The notes under the pieces were generated by a model that was not told the DNA's origin, made no database searches, and saw only the letters and a list, made by a program, of their open reading frames with translations. Positions 13,748-28,193 of a DNA stretch of 64,000 nt are shown here, piece after piece. Within the stretch, counting starts at the first letter, position 1, and every line of letters starts with the position of its first letter. The position numbers were made by a program, and so were the translations under genes. Source of the stretch: Eledone cirrhosa (taxonomy: Eukaryota); assembly GCA_964016885.1 (NCBI GenBank), contig OZ024743.1:100378001-100442000 (forward strand). The letters are read 5' to 3'.

Positions 13748-14605
13748 CTATCTATATATATGTATATATATTATATCTATCTATATATATATATATATAT
13801 TATATCCTTGCAAGCAGGGAAAAGCGGACATAAAATGATGATGATGATGATGATGATGATGATACATACATCATCCAAGTGGCGACATTCTATTAAGAAA
13901 ATGAAGCAAATCATTAAATTGGACTGCTAAAAATGCTATTTATTCCTATATTGAGTTATTAGTATCAACTATGAGTGAATAATGTAGCCAGTCTGAAAGC
14001 CAAGTGGAAATTGTACAATTCTTGTTTGCAAATGTATTGCGCTTATGTGGAGCTATTCATAATGAAAGAATTCACGATGCTGCCATTGTGTTGCTTGCTC
14101 ATAAGGATTAAGCATTATTTGATCCTCCGAATAGATAAGGGACATAAAAACCAATGCTAAATTGATACAGAACGACAGAATGAATAAGCTGAATGAAAAC
14201 TGGTTAGAACAAAATTCATTCAGGGAGAAAAAGGGATGTAATTCCATTTGACTGAGTTTTCAATTTTCCGAACATAACCATTTTCTTGTATAATCTTTTT
14301 CTTTCTGTTATTTATTCTCAACTTTCTAATCTCTTTATCAGTTTGATAATTTTAAAAAGAAGTATAGAGAAAACTGCAATCCTAAATATTTATAATTCTG
14401 AATTAACTCCAATAATATACTAAATTTTTCTTAGAAATTCAGAAAACCTTATAGGTAAAATTTCACATTCGTTTTTTTTTAAAAAGATCAAGATATATTG
14501 ACTCCTCACATTGACACAGGAGCATTAACCATTTTGTGGCAGTGTTTCTTATGAAATACACTATATATTAGTTAATGAAGATGAAATACACTATACATTA
14601 ATTAA

Positions 14606-14790
14606 TTGTTTCTACGTTTTGGCACAAGGCCAGCAATTACCCAGTGCATTACTGGTACTTTATTTTATCGACCCCGTAAGGATGAAAGGCAAAGTTAACC
14701 TCGACGGGATTTGAACTCAGATCGTAAAGGGACGTAACTATGCTGGAAAGCATGGCGTCCGACCTTCTACCGATACTGCCAAATCACCGC
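14606..14790 (-). mobile_element. tRNA-derived SINE (Meta/MESC-like central domain)
   Basis: B-box-like gagttcaaatcccg and core tttgcctttcatccttacggggtcgataaaataaagtaccag; multiple copies in the window. Confidence 0.8.
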
Positions 14791-15088
14791 CATTAATTAA
14801 GTACCAGTAATGCACTGTGTAATTGCTGGCCTTGTGCCTAAAGTAGAAACAATTAATTAATGAAGATGAAATACACTATATTTGAATTAATTAATGAAGA
14901 ATTTGGCGGGATTTACTAAAATTACTTGTTTCATTAAGATGGTATTTGTATCATAACTTAAAAAGTTTTTATATCAAATTATATTGGACAATTTTAATAG
15001 AATGAAGTAAGTTACCTTTCATTACAAATGTAAAATATCTGAATTTGAAAAGTAATATGTTCCTTATAGATTTTTGTTCATAAGTGAT

Positions 15089-15368
15089 TGTGCCACAACA
15101 AAAAGTGCCCAGTTCACTCTGTAAGGTGATAGTGCTGGTGCCACAACAAAAAGTGCCCAGTTCACTCTGTAAGGTGATACTGCTGGTGCCACAACAAAAA
15201 GTACCCAGTTCACTCTGTAAGGTGATAGTGCTGGTGCCACAACAAAAAGTACCCAGTTCACTCTGTAAGGTGATAGTGCTGGTGCCACAACAAAAAGTAC
15301 CCAGTTCACTCTGTAAGGTGATAGTGCTGGTGCCACAATAAAAAGTACCCAGTTCACTCTGTAAGGTG
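15089..15368. repeat. 48-bp minisatellite, ~6 copies
   Basis: Unit gtgccacaacaaaaagtacccagttcactctgtaaggtgatagtgctg. Confidence 0.95.
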
Positions 15369-15904
15369 GTTGTAGTGGTTTCGCAACAAAAGCTCTCAGG
15401 GCACCCAGTCAGAACATACACGTAGCAGATAATATTACCGAGACAAACATTTACAACACTATGGGTAGGCATAAGAAAAGCAGCATGGCAAGCAATGAAC
15501 TTACATCATGATGGTAAATACCAATTCTTAAAGCTTGTACAGATCTGTTTTGACCAGGAAGGAATAATACCAGATCAGCATTATTAGATAAAAGAAATCA
15601 TAAAGATGTAGGGTTCTCCTCAGTAGGCAGCATCTACGATTATTTACATATAGCTCCAGCTGTCAGCCATGCAGTCATAGTCACAACTGTGAAAGCATAT
15701 ACGTTATAATGATTAAGCAGATCACTACAGACAGGTCAACAGGAATGCTAAAAATAGCTCCTGATTAGACCCATAAGACAGCTCAACTAAAATTATAAAT
15801 ATCAGGAACATATATATATAAATATATATACAAATAAAATATAGAGTTATTAACTCATATTGATACCCTGTAATTAACAAGCTCAAAGTATAAATATTGA
15901 GCAT

Positions 15905-16309
15905 TATATAATAATATATGTAGTAATAAACACAGTAAATTCTGCGTCTAAAATTACGAGGGTAGATTTCACCACAAATATTATATATATTTAAACTGAA
16001 GCATATAGTATGGTACAAGATTTCGTATACATACCATATCAATAACGATTTCATCTCTCGGACAGACTAAAGATATAATCTGTTTCGCCCTGAAAAAATT
16101 GTGTTTGTAACAAATAATTTTTTCAGGGTGAAACAGATTATATCTTTAGTCTGTCCGAGAGATAAAATCGTTATTGATATGGTATGTATAAGAAATCTTG
16201 TACCATACTATATGCTTCAGTTTAAATATATATAATATTTGTGGTATAATCTACCCTCGTAATTTTAGACGCAGAATTTACTGTGTTTACTTCTACACAT
16301 ATTAATATA
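15905..16309. repeat. ~400-bp fold-back palindrome whose two arms each carry a hammerhead 3' half
   Basis: Arms are reverse complements with a few mismatches, centred at ~16108. Each arm reads outward GAAAC-aga...tct-GTC. Confidence 0.9.
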
Positions 16310-16399
16310 AATATATATATACATTTATGAGTAGATTCTCAATGGGATTAGGAGGTGATTCTAGTTTAAAAAAGGTACTCAATACTTTAGTAGAGTATA

Positions 16400-16451
16400 G
16401 ACTTTCCTGATGATTTCATGGAAATGAAACAGTTCTAGTCCTGTAGGAGTC
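16400..16451 (+). ncRNA. Type-I hammerhead-like motif
   Basis: gactttc-CTGATGA-tttc atg gaaa t-GAAAC-ag ttctagtc ct-GTA-ggagtc; stem II is weak. An inverted copy of the 3' half lies at ~18622-18657. Confidence 0.55.
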
Positions 16452-16485
16452 ATTTCTATATGAAAAAATATATACACACATATCT

Positions 16486-16516
<31 letters not shown>

Positions 16517-16551
16517 TATAGAGGGAGAGAGAGAGATATGGATATATATAT

Positions 16552-17327
16552 ACGAACAGCAATGTTACATGGCAGTGAGACATGGGCATTGTGTGCAGAG
16601 GATCTGCGCAGACTGGAGAGGAACGAAGCTTGCATGCTCCGTTTTACGTGAACGGCAAAGCACAAATGAACTAAGTGAGAAATTAGGAATAAGAGGGACC
16701 AGATGCTGTTTATTCGAGAGAAGACTACGTTGGTATGGTCACGTGATGCGCATGAAAGACGACAGCTGTATAAAAAAGTGCAGTGCGATCAAAATAGATG
16801 GAAGCTACGGAGTAGGCAGACCCAGAAAAACCTGGGACGATTTGATAAATTCCGACCTTACACACTTACACCTCTCCAAGACAATGTCACTGGACCGCGA
16901 TCTTTGGCGCTACGCAGTAATACAGAGGAACCCGCCTTGCCTAAGTACAAAGCGAAACCTTCAGTCAGTAGGCACCTCCTAACCAAAAATACACCCCCAT
17001 ACCACTACCCCTACCCCCACCTCCATCAACACCACCCTTTCTCTGTAAAGTTATGTTGGTACCACAACATCCAGTCCTAAATAAATGAGGTTGTGTAGGT
17101 GTCACGACAAAAAAAAACACACAATCCACGCTGTAATGTGGCCGTACACGGCCACATTACAGCGTGGTAAAAACCTCCCAGTCCACACTGTAAACGTGGT
17201 TGATGTTAGGAAGGCATCCTGCCGTAGAAAACCCGCCAGACAGTCCTATACAAGCTAGACAACCAATCTTGCCTTACGTGGGAACATTCCCGTCTAAACC
17301 CATGCTAGAGTGGAAGATAGACGTTAA

Positions 17328-17373
<46 letters not shown>
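16552..17373 (+). mobile_element. RTE-clade LINE 3' fragment (same family as 5785-7283)
   Basis: MLHGSETW...RLRWYGHVMRM...GRPRKTW, shared 3' UTR, and a (TGA)n tail. Confidence 0.88.
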
Positions 17374-17374
<1 letters not shown>

Positions 17375-17385
17375 ATAAAATTGCA

Positions 17386-17465
17386 GTAGAAAACAACTAG
17401 GGCCACCATTCCGTAGAAAACAACTAGGGCCACCATTCCGTAGAAAACAACTAGGGCCACCATTC
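17386..17465. repeat. 27-bp tandem repeat x3
   Basis: Unit gtagaaaacaactagggccaccattcc. Confidence 0.9.
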
Positions 17466-17807
17466 ACAACCTACTTTGACCGTTAGCCACGTGATGATTC
17501 TTAGCCATTTTTGAATTCATTTCTGGTGGTGATCACTGTGGAAATTTTAGTCGAAACCTGGGGGTCTCTTGATAAGCTCTAAACCTCATGGATAATACCA
17601 AGATCGGACATATCCACAAAGTACGAGCGAAATTATCGATAGTCGGGATTAGAGGAATTTTGGTGAAGTTTATATGCATTTTTTCTTCTAACTTACATTT
17701 TAGACTTAGCTCCGTTTAATTGATTATTTGTCTAGTTAATTTCTACGGGCTAAGAGGAAAGACTGGGTAAATTTTATCTGACTGTTCCTCGCGGAAAATA
17801 GTCTGTA

Positions 17808-18214
17808 CTAGCAGATTTACCCGGCGTTGCTCGGGGTTTGAAATTATGCTAAGAATATACAGCTAGGAAGTAAAAGAAGAACATTATTTGTCCCCAACCT
17901 GTCAAAATAAGCAGAAATCTTCAATAATTAATGCAAACGAATATATTTGGTGAAAAGGTTATCTCCCTTTTTTATAAGGATTGTCAATAAAGTTTGTTAT
18001 CTCCCTTACATCAATTTTTCTACCGATAATTTTGATATCGATTTTTTATTGCTCAACGTGGGTCGATTTGAAAAATGTTTGTGATGTAACAATCTTATCG
18101 ACCTGTGCAACGTGCACAGAAAATTTGGTCAAATTCAGTTGGTAATTGTGAAAGCCTATGCATGCCAAGTTGTACACAGACACACACACATCCTCGCTTT
18201 TATATATATAAAGA
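17808..18214 (-). mobile_element. Non-autonomous Helitron
   Basis: Minus strand begins TC..tatatatataaaagcgaggatgtgtg (like 7952) and ends with hairpin cccgagcaacgccggg plus CTAG. Confidence 0.7.
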
Positions 18215-18486
18215 TGATTTGTCTATTATTTCTTCATAGTTACATTTTAAACTTATAGCCCCGTTTAAATGATTATTTATCTAGTTGATTTCTACGGACT
18301 AGGGGGAAGAAAGATATATTTTATCTAATAATTCTTCAAACTTGCAATTTTATATATAGCTCTGATTAATAATTATTTGCTTAATTAAATTTTTCATTGA
18401 GCCACACCGTGAAAGGTAGCCAAACTCATATATGTATCTGTGACTATGTCTAAATATATGTCTAAATATATACATATATCCCTATG

Positions 18487-18591
<105 letters not shown>

Positions 18592-19217
18592 CGTATATAT
18601 ATGTATATATATTTTTTTTATTTAGAAATGACTCCTACAAAACTAGAACTGTTTCATAAACATTTTTATTCATATATATATATGTGTGTGTGTGTGAGTG
18701 TGTGTATATATATATATATCACTACAGTTTCCAGAGACAGTTAAACACTGGTGGTGGTGGTGGTGGTGGTTATGCTGGTGGTACTTATTCAGTTGATACA
18801 TTGATATCAAACTAACATTGCTATTTTAAATATATAATAATGACGCAAATACAATTACAAGCTTATCTAATACAAGACAAGCAGTGGTTTTAAAATGACA
18901 TTAGACGTATTTCATGAAATATATTATGAACCATTATTTTTGGTTGCTTTAGTAAGACAATATAAGAAAAAATAAAAGATCTTTATATGAAAAATAAAAT
19001 TATGAATGCCAATTCGCCTACATGGCTATGAAAAAATAATTTTGATTATGTAAATTTGGTCAATGATAGTTGTCATAGAAAACACATTTAAACAAAAAAA
19101 AATGCCTTATAAATCTCTTAATACGGAGATAACAGAATGAAAAATATATATATTTCTCAAAATAAATTACATATAAATGCAAATTATGACAAAATTGAAA
19201 TCAATACATACACACAC

Positions 19218-19310
<93 letters not shown>

Positions 19311-19476
19311 AAAAGGTTCAGGACCCCGACGGCAGAGCTCGAGCCGTTTCGACGGTTATTTCTGGACTAGTCCAGAAATAGCCGTCGAACCTTTTCCTAC
19401 TACCCACTCTACTACCAAAATTATTGAGTACTCTGGTGCGTTATGGTCCACCTAGTTCCTTACCACACTTCCTTCG

Positions 19477-19515
<39 letters not shown>

Positions 19516-19518
<3 letters not shown>

Positions 19519-19973
19519 CGAAATCTGTCCACGCCTTGAACCTTGGGTGACACCAAAAAGTCAAACTCTAGGTCACTATCCTTTCTCGGTGTGGACAGGT
19601 TCATGCAAGGGCTAGCCCCTCCAGGTGGGAGACAGAAAGCGACAGGTATATAAAACATGTATCATTCCACATTTAGACAGAGAGATCGGAGCACCACGAT
19701 ACAGACAAGCTATGTAAAGATCACCGCTACCTTCAGGCCGCAGAGGTCTACAGACCATTACTCTCTCTCTCTCCTGGTCTCAGACTACACCAGCCTCATG
19801 AACCAACAACAAATAACATTGTCAACCTTCGCAACTCGTGGTAACTTGTTTATTTTTATTTTTGATTGAAGTGAAGTAAACCTTTTTATATAAAGTAAAT
19901 CGCTATTCTTGTTATTACATCTAACAACCATGTTATAATCATTCTAACAACTAACTAATAAAATACCCTTCGT

Positions 19974-19975
<2 letters not shown>
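19516..19975 (+). mobile_element. Solo-LTR-like repeat inserted in (TA)n
   Basis: Short inverted ends TAGCGAA/TTCGTTA, TATA-like gtatataaaa and AATAAA. Shares ctctctcctgg...cagactacaccagc with 62131-62643. Confidence 0.45.
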
Positions 19976-20055
<80 letters not shown>

Positions 20056-20282
20056 TATATATATATATATATTTTTCCTGAGTCCTGTATTTTCGCTGAT
20101 GTGGTAATGCGGCTGGACTGCTGATCGCTATATTTGATTTGCTAAGCTGTCTAAACGTATTGTTATTACTCTGGGTGTACTATTCCCATTCGAGTGCTAA
20201 AGCTACATACCGAATTTGCATTCGTTAGCTTGGCCGCAAACTAAAGCTTCGTTAATGCTGTACTAAAATTTGTGTGTATATA

Positions 20283-21718
20283 TATGAAAAATATGAAAAT
20301 ATGGCGTGCTGCGTGGTTGCAAATGGGTTACATATGAATAAATTTAGTCCTTCATCAGTGATCTTCCAGCCTTCATTGGTATTTCATCGTTTTAAAGACC
20401 ATATACCTCTGGTTGGTGCGAGCAACGGCTAAAGAAAGTCGTTCGGACACGTAAATAGGGGGAACGAGCGAGACAGTAAATAAACAAAGATGGTAATGCA
20501 ACGAAAAGTGAGGAAGAAGGAGTCAAGTCCCTGAAATCGATTAACATAAGTTCTGTGAAATCGTAGACGAGAGAGAATAAAGACCATCCGACCTGGTCGA
20601 AGTGTGAGTGAGGAAAGAATTTCGCACAGGTCAAACGGGAGGAAGTAGGAGGGAGTAGCAGAGAGTGAGTGAGTGAAAGTGTGAGGAAGAGGCTAACAGA
20701 GATAGTGACTGGAGGAAGCAGTAAGAAAGAAACAGACGGGTCACAGCGGAGGAAAATATATAAATATATGAAAAATATGAAAACATGGCGTGCTGCGTGG
20801 TTGCAAATGGGTTGCATATGAATAAATTTAGTCCTTCATCAGTGATTTTCCAGCCTTCATTGGTATTTCATCGCTGTTTACTGTCTCGCTCGTTCCCCCT
20901 ATTTACGTGTCCCAGCGACTTTCTGGAAGATCACTGATGAAGGACTAAATTTATTCATATATATATATATATAGGAATAAAGTTAGTCCTTCATCAGTGA
21001 TCATCACTGATGAAGGACTAACTTTATTCCTATGTAACCCATTAGCAACCACGCAGCACGTTTATTCTCATATTTACACATATTTTTCCCCTGCTGTGAC
21101 CCGTCTATTTCGTTCTTACTGCTTCCTCTTTCTCTGTATCTTTACCCTCTCTAACAGTCACTCTCTCTGTTAGCCTCTTCCTCACCCTTCACTCACTCAC
21201 TCTCTGTTACTACCTCTCCTCCCCCTCCTTCTTCCCGTTTGACCTGTACATAATTCTTTTCTTTCGCACTCTTGATCAGGCTGGTTCGCTTTTTTTCTCT
21301 CTTGTCTACGATTTCACAGAACTTATGTTCACCGAATTCACAGACTAGATTCCTTCTTCTTCCCGTTAGACCTGTACGGAATTCCTTCCTTGCTCACATT
21401 CCAACCAGGTTTGATGGTCTTTATTCTCTCTCGTTCACGATTTCACCGAACTTATATTCATGGAAATTTGGGACTTGACTCTTTCTTCCTCATTTTTCGT
21501 TGCTTCACCATCTTTGTTTGTTTACACTCACTCTCGTGTCCCCTTTATTTACGTGTCCCAACGACTTTTTTTTAGCCGTTGCCCGCACCAACCGGAGGTA
21601 TATGGTCTTTAAAGCGATGAAATACCAATGATGGTTGGAAGATCACTGATGAAGGACTAACTTTATTCCTATGTAACCCATTAGCAACCACGTAGCACGT
21701 TTATTCTCATATTTACAT
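20283..21718. repeat. Non-coding repeat family with terminal direct repeats; two diverged copies in inverted orientation
   Basis: A minus copy at 20283-20875 and a plus copy at 21005-21718, each terminally redundant, with short inverted junction pieces. Another fragment lies at ~12240-12470. Confidence 0.8.
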
Positions 21719-21729
21719 ATATATATATC

Positions 21730-21760
<31 letters not shown>

Positions 21761-21839
21761 GTATACACACGCAATATAAGTATATAAGTATAAATATAAA
21801 TAAATATGTATATATATATGTATATATAATAAAGTATTT

Positions 21840-24678
<2,839 letters not shown>

Positions 24679-24689
24679 TATATATAGTA

Positions 24690-24936
24690 GAGGCACGTGG
24701 CCTAGTGATAAGGGTGTTGGACTTACGATCATAATGTCGTGGGCTCGATTCCTGGGTTCGTGTTGTGTTCTTGAGCAAAACACTTCATTTCACGTTGCTC
24801 CAGTTTACTCAGCTGAAAATGAGTACCAGCAATAGCTGGAGGTTTAACCCTGCGATGGACTGACTCTCAGTCGCTTCACGCCATGAAACCGGGATAAGCA
24901 CCGGCCAAATGAGCCTTCTGGCTTAAGACAGACTTT

Positions 24937-24942
<6 letters not shown>
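24690..24942 (+). mobile_element. tRNA-derived SINE (second family)
   Basis: A-box TGGCCTAGTGA, B-box GGCTCGATTCC and core tgtgttcttgagcaaaacactt. A related fragment lies on the minus strand at ~46270-46520. Confidence 0.75.
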
Positions 24943-24998
<56 letters not shown>

Positions 24999-25164
24999 TT
25001 TATAGTTATGTATACACTATATACAACTATAAAAAGGAAAGGTCAGTAATTAATTACTACCTTATTATCAGTAAGAAAAATAGCTCAATGTAAATACATG
25101 AGATGTTTTAGAGAGCCGGAATATAAATTATCCAATAATCAAAGCTATGTTCAAATCATTTTAT

Positions 25165-25211
25165 TGCTGACAATCGTTTCTTCCAAACTATCGTTTGGAA
25201 TCATCGGAGCA
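25165..25211 (-). ncRNA. Minimal hammerhead motif (CCGAUGA variant) in the PLE 3' repeat
   Basis: tgct-CCGATGA-ttccaaac..gtttggaa-GAAAC-gatt-GTC-agca, followed by AATAAA. Confidence 0.7.
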
Positions 25212-25767
25212 TTACCAATGTTTGTACATATAATTAACCTCCTATTTAACTGAACAATCATATAGATACATGGATATTAATGTTGCCAACAACAGTTTCA
25301 TATTTACAGAGTGGAATGGATGCGACATAGATTTCAAGAGAATTGTACAATAATTAAAATTAAAAATTAAAAGTTAAAAAGGCACAGAGTGCATGCGACA
25401 GAGATTAGTATAACAATTAGAGGCATTACGGTAGAAAGTTACTCGTGAAACGAGGACACTAGCAGTACATATGTAAGCGTATAGAGAGTGCAAATGCAAT
25501 AGGCATATACAAGGAAACAAGCAATGGTATTAGGCATATATAATTTCTGCGAGGCAAAGGTATCACATAAAACAACATATGTTTACAAGCAGGCAAAGCT
25601 GTTTTTGTATTAAAATTATTAGTTTATGGTGGGTGTAGTGTGATAATTGTTTCTGTAATGTTTAAATGTGTATGTGCTGAGAGTATCAATGTTATTGCTA
25701 TCTTTTCTATCACATTGGCTATGTTTTATTTTAGTGAATGTTTTTAATCAGTCACAGCCATGGATTG

Positions 25768-25961
25768 TGTTTTATTATTTTGTACCAAATCAAAGGTTTT
25801 TATTCAATCTAAGAATAATATAGAAAGAGTTAATAAGAAAAGAAATTAGCATGGGTTAACAATACAACACACAAGAACAGAACAAATACAACGAATAAGA
25901 ATAAAAAGGAATCAAATCAAAGAGAAGAAAGTGATGCTATAAAACAAATCATATCATCACA
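25768..25961 (-). repeat. Gypsy 3' LTR
   Basis: Direct repeat of 29830-30023 with about 5 substitutions. Confidence 0.95.
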
Positions 25962-27895
25962 TCTAGCGTTAATCGTTGTATCGCATTGGCCTCACTACTA
26001 AGCGTCCTCAGCGTGTTCTTTGTATTCGGGGTTAAGAATGTGTCAGAAGATTCATCGTCGTCGAATTCAGCACTCTCTGTAGGATTGTTATCGGCGGTAG
26101 ATGTCATACTTTTGTTCCCAACGGCCACAGGTGTAGATACTGCTGTTGGTTGAGTTAAATTGGCGCCTTTTGGGTAGTTATTATTCTGACACTCCGATGT
26201 TGTTGAATTTCCATTGTTTTGTGGTGATCCTGCTGGTGCGATATTTGTAGTTGAGACTGTGTCTATTCTTCCATTATTAAATTGTACCTTGGCAAAGTGA
26301 GGTGAGATCGTCTCGATGAGTTGAAAGTTTTCCGTCCGTGAGATCATCACCTTTATTCCTTATGTGACGTCGATGTAGCACGATTGTGCCCGGTTTATTT
26401 AGAAACTCTGGTATTTCTGTGCCGTTGTTTGTCGATCTGGTGAATGAAAATACTCTTTCATGTGGCGTAGCGTTTGTAGCAGTGCAAAGCAATCCTCGGA
26501 TAGACGACGAGCGATTGGAATCATGTTACTCCATTCATTTTTATTGAGATTATTTGTCTTCAATGCCAGACTTATCGCTTTGCATATTGTGCCGTTAACT
26601 CTTTCGCATTGGCCGTTGGCTTGGGGTCGATATGGCGTGGTGTGGCTTTTTATAATGTTATTACTCCATATGAAATCTTTGAGTTTTTGTGATTCAAATT
26701 GACGTCCCCTATCTGTATGAATCGGACTGGGTTTTCCAAATATAGAGAATATCTCCAATAGATGTTTAATTACTACGTCCGTTGTTATCTCTTTACAGGG
26801 AATGGCGAATGGAAAACGTGAGTACTCGTCAACTATAGTTAACATAAATCGAAAACCGTTTGAGATAGCCATGGGACCCACAAAGTCCATTGATAGTCTT
26901 TCCCAGGGTCTTGTGGCATGTATTAATCTTCCTTTGGGTGGTTTATAGAATTGTGGTTTACATTCACGACATATTTTGCAATTGGCGATAACTTCTCTTA
27001 TTTCATTAATAGGATATGCCAAGTACATTAATTTACAATAATGTAGAAGTCTGGTGACCCCCGGATGACATAGACGTGAGTGAATATTGCATAATTCGTG
27101 TTCCGTCTTAGTAGAGCATCAGCGCGATAGGGCGTCTGCGGCTTGGTTTAATGAACCAGGTCTATATGAGAAGGTATGGTTAAGATCGCTTAACTCCAGT
27201 CGCCAGTGGGCTACCTTCTCGTTTTTAATCTTGGAAGTGTGTTTTTTGTTGAACGCAAATGCAACCGATCGTTGTTCTGTTATGATATTACAATGTGGAA
27301 CAGCGTTGATCATAAGCCTCCATTTTCTACAACATTCTATAATTGCGCAAGCTTCCTTTTCGATGATGGAATGTCTTCTTTCTGACTTATTTAGGGTTCT
27401 ATTAAGAAAAGCAATTGGACGACCATTTTGTGATAGAGTTCCGCCAATGGCAATATCTGATGCGTCGGTTTCGATTATAAATGATGCAGTGAAATCGGGT
27501 GAACACAGTGATGCCTTTATGAGTTCCTCCTTCATCTTATTAATAGTAGATTTTTCTTCGTTTGATAGACCTTGTTTATCAATGGTGTTTCTTGCCTTTG
27601 TAAGAACGACTGAGAGGTTAGAAGAGCCCTTAATCCATTTAGCATAGTATGCAAAAAGACCGATTACTCGGTTCAACTCTTTTAACGTCTTTGGGAACGC
27701 CATGTCAATAAGGGTTTTATACCTTTCAGGGTCCGGTCTTAATTTACCTTTTTCTGTGACATGTCCAAGGAAATGTATTCTATTTCGATTAAAGCTGCAT
27801 TTGTCTCGATTCAATTGCATACCTGCATTGTTAGCTGCATTCATGAATTGCTTTAGGTTATGGTTATGTTCTTCGACTGTGTCTCCTCCTATAAT

Positions 27896-28193
27896 AATTG
27901 TTTCTACTTTTTGGCACAAGGCCAGCAATTACCCAGTGCATTACTGGTACTTTATTTTATCGACCCCGTAAGGATGAAAGGCAAAGTCAACCTCAGCGGG
28001 ATTTGAACTCAGATCGTTAAGGGACGTAACTATGCTAGAAAGCATGGCATCCGACCCTCTACCGATACTGCCAATCCACTGCCAATCCTCCTATAATAAT
28101 TGTTTCTACTTTTGGCACAAGGCCAGCAATTACCCAGTACATTACTGGTACTTTATTTTATCGACCCCGTAAGGATGAAAGGCAAAGTTAACC
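27896..28193 (-). mobile_element. Two tandem SINE insertions (one full, one 5'-truncated) in Gypsy RT
   Basis: Same family as 14606. TSD-like tcctcctataataat at 27884 and 28086. They split YLDDI from IIGG. Confidence 0.85.

Noticed and set aside
15010-15690. Possible small minus-strand exons (AG...GT-bounded 40-47 nt pieces near 15015-15062, 15502-15545, 15646-15687)
   Set aside because: Splice-like signals are present, but the peptides are too short to recognise; RNA-seq would be needed.
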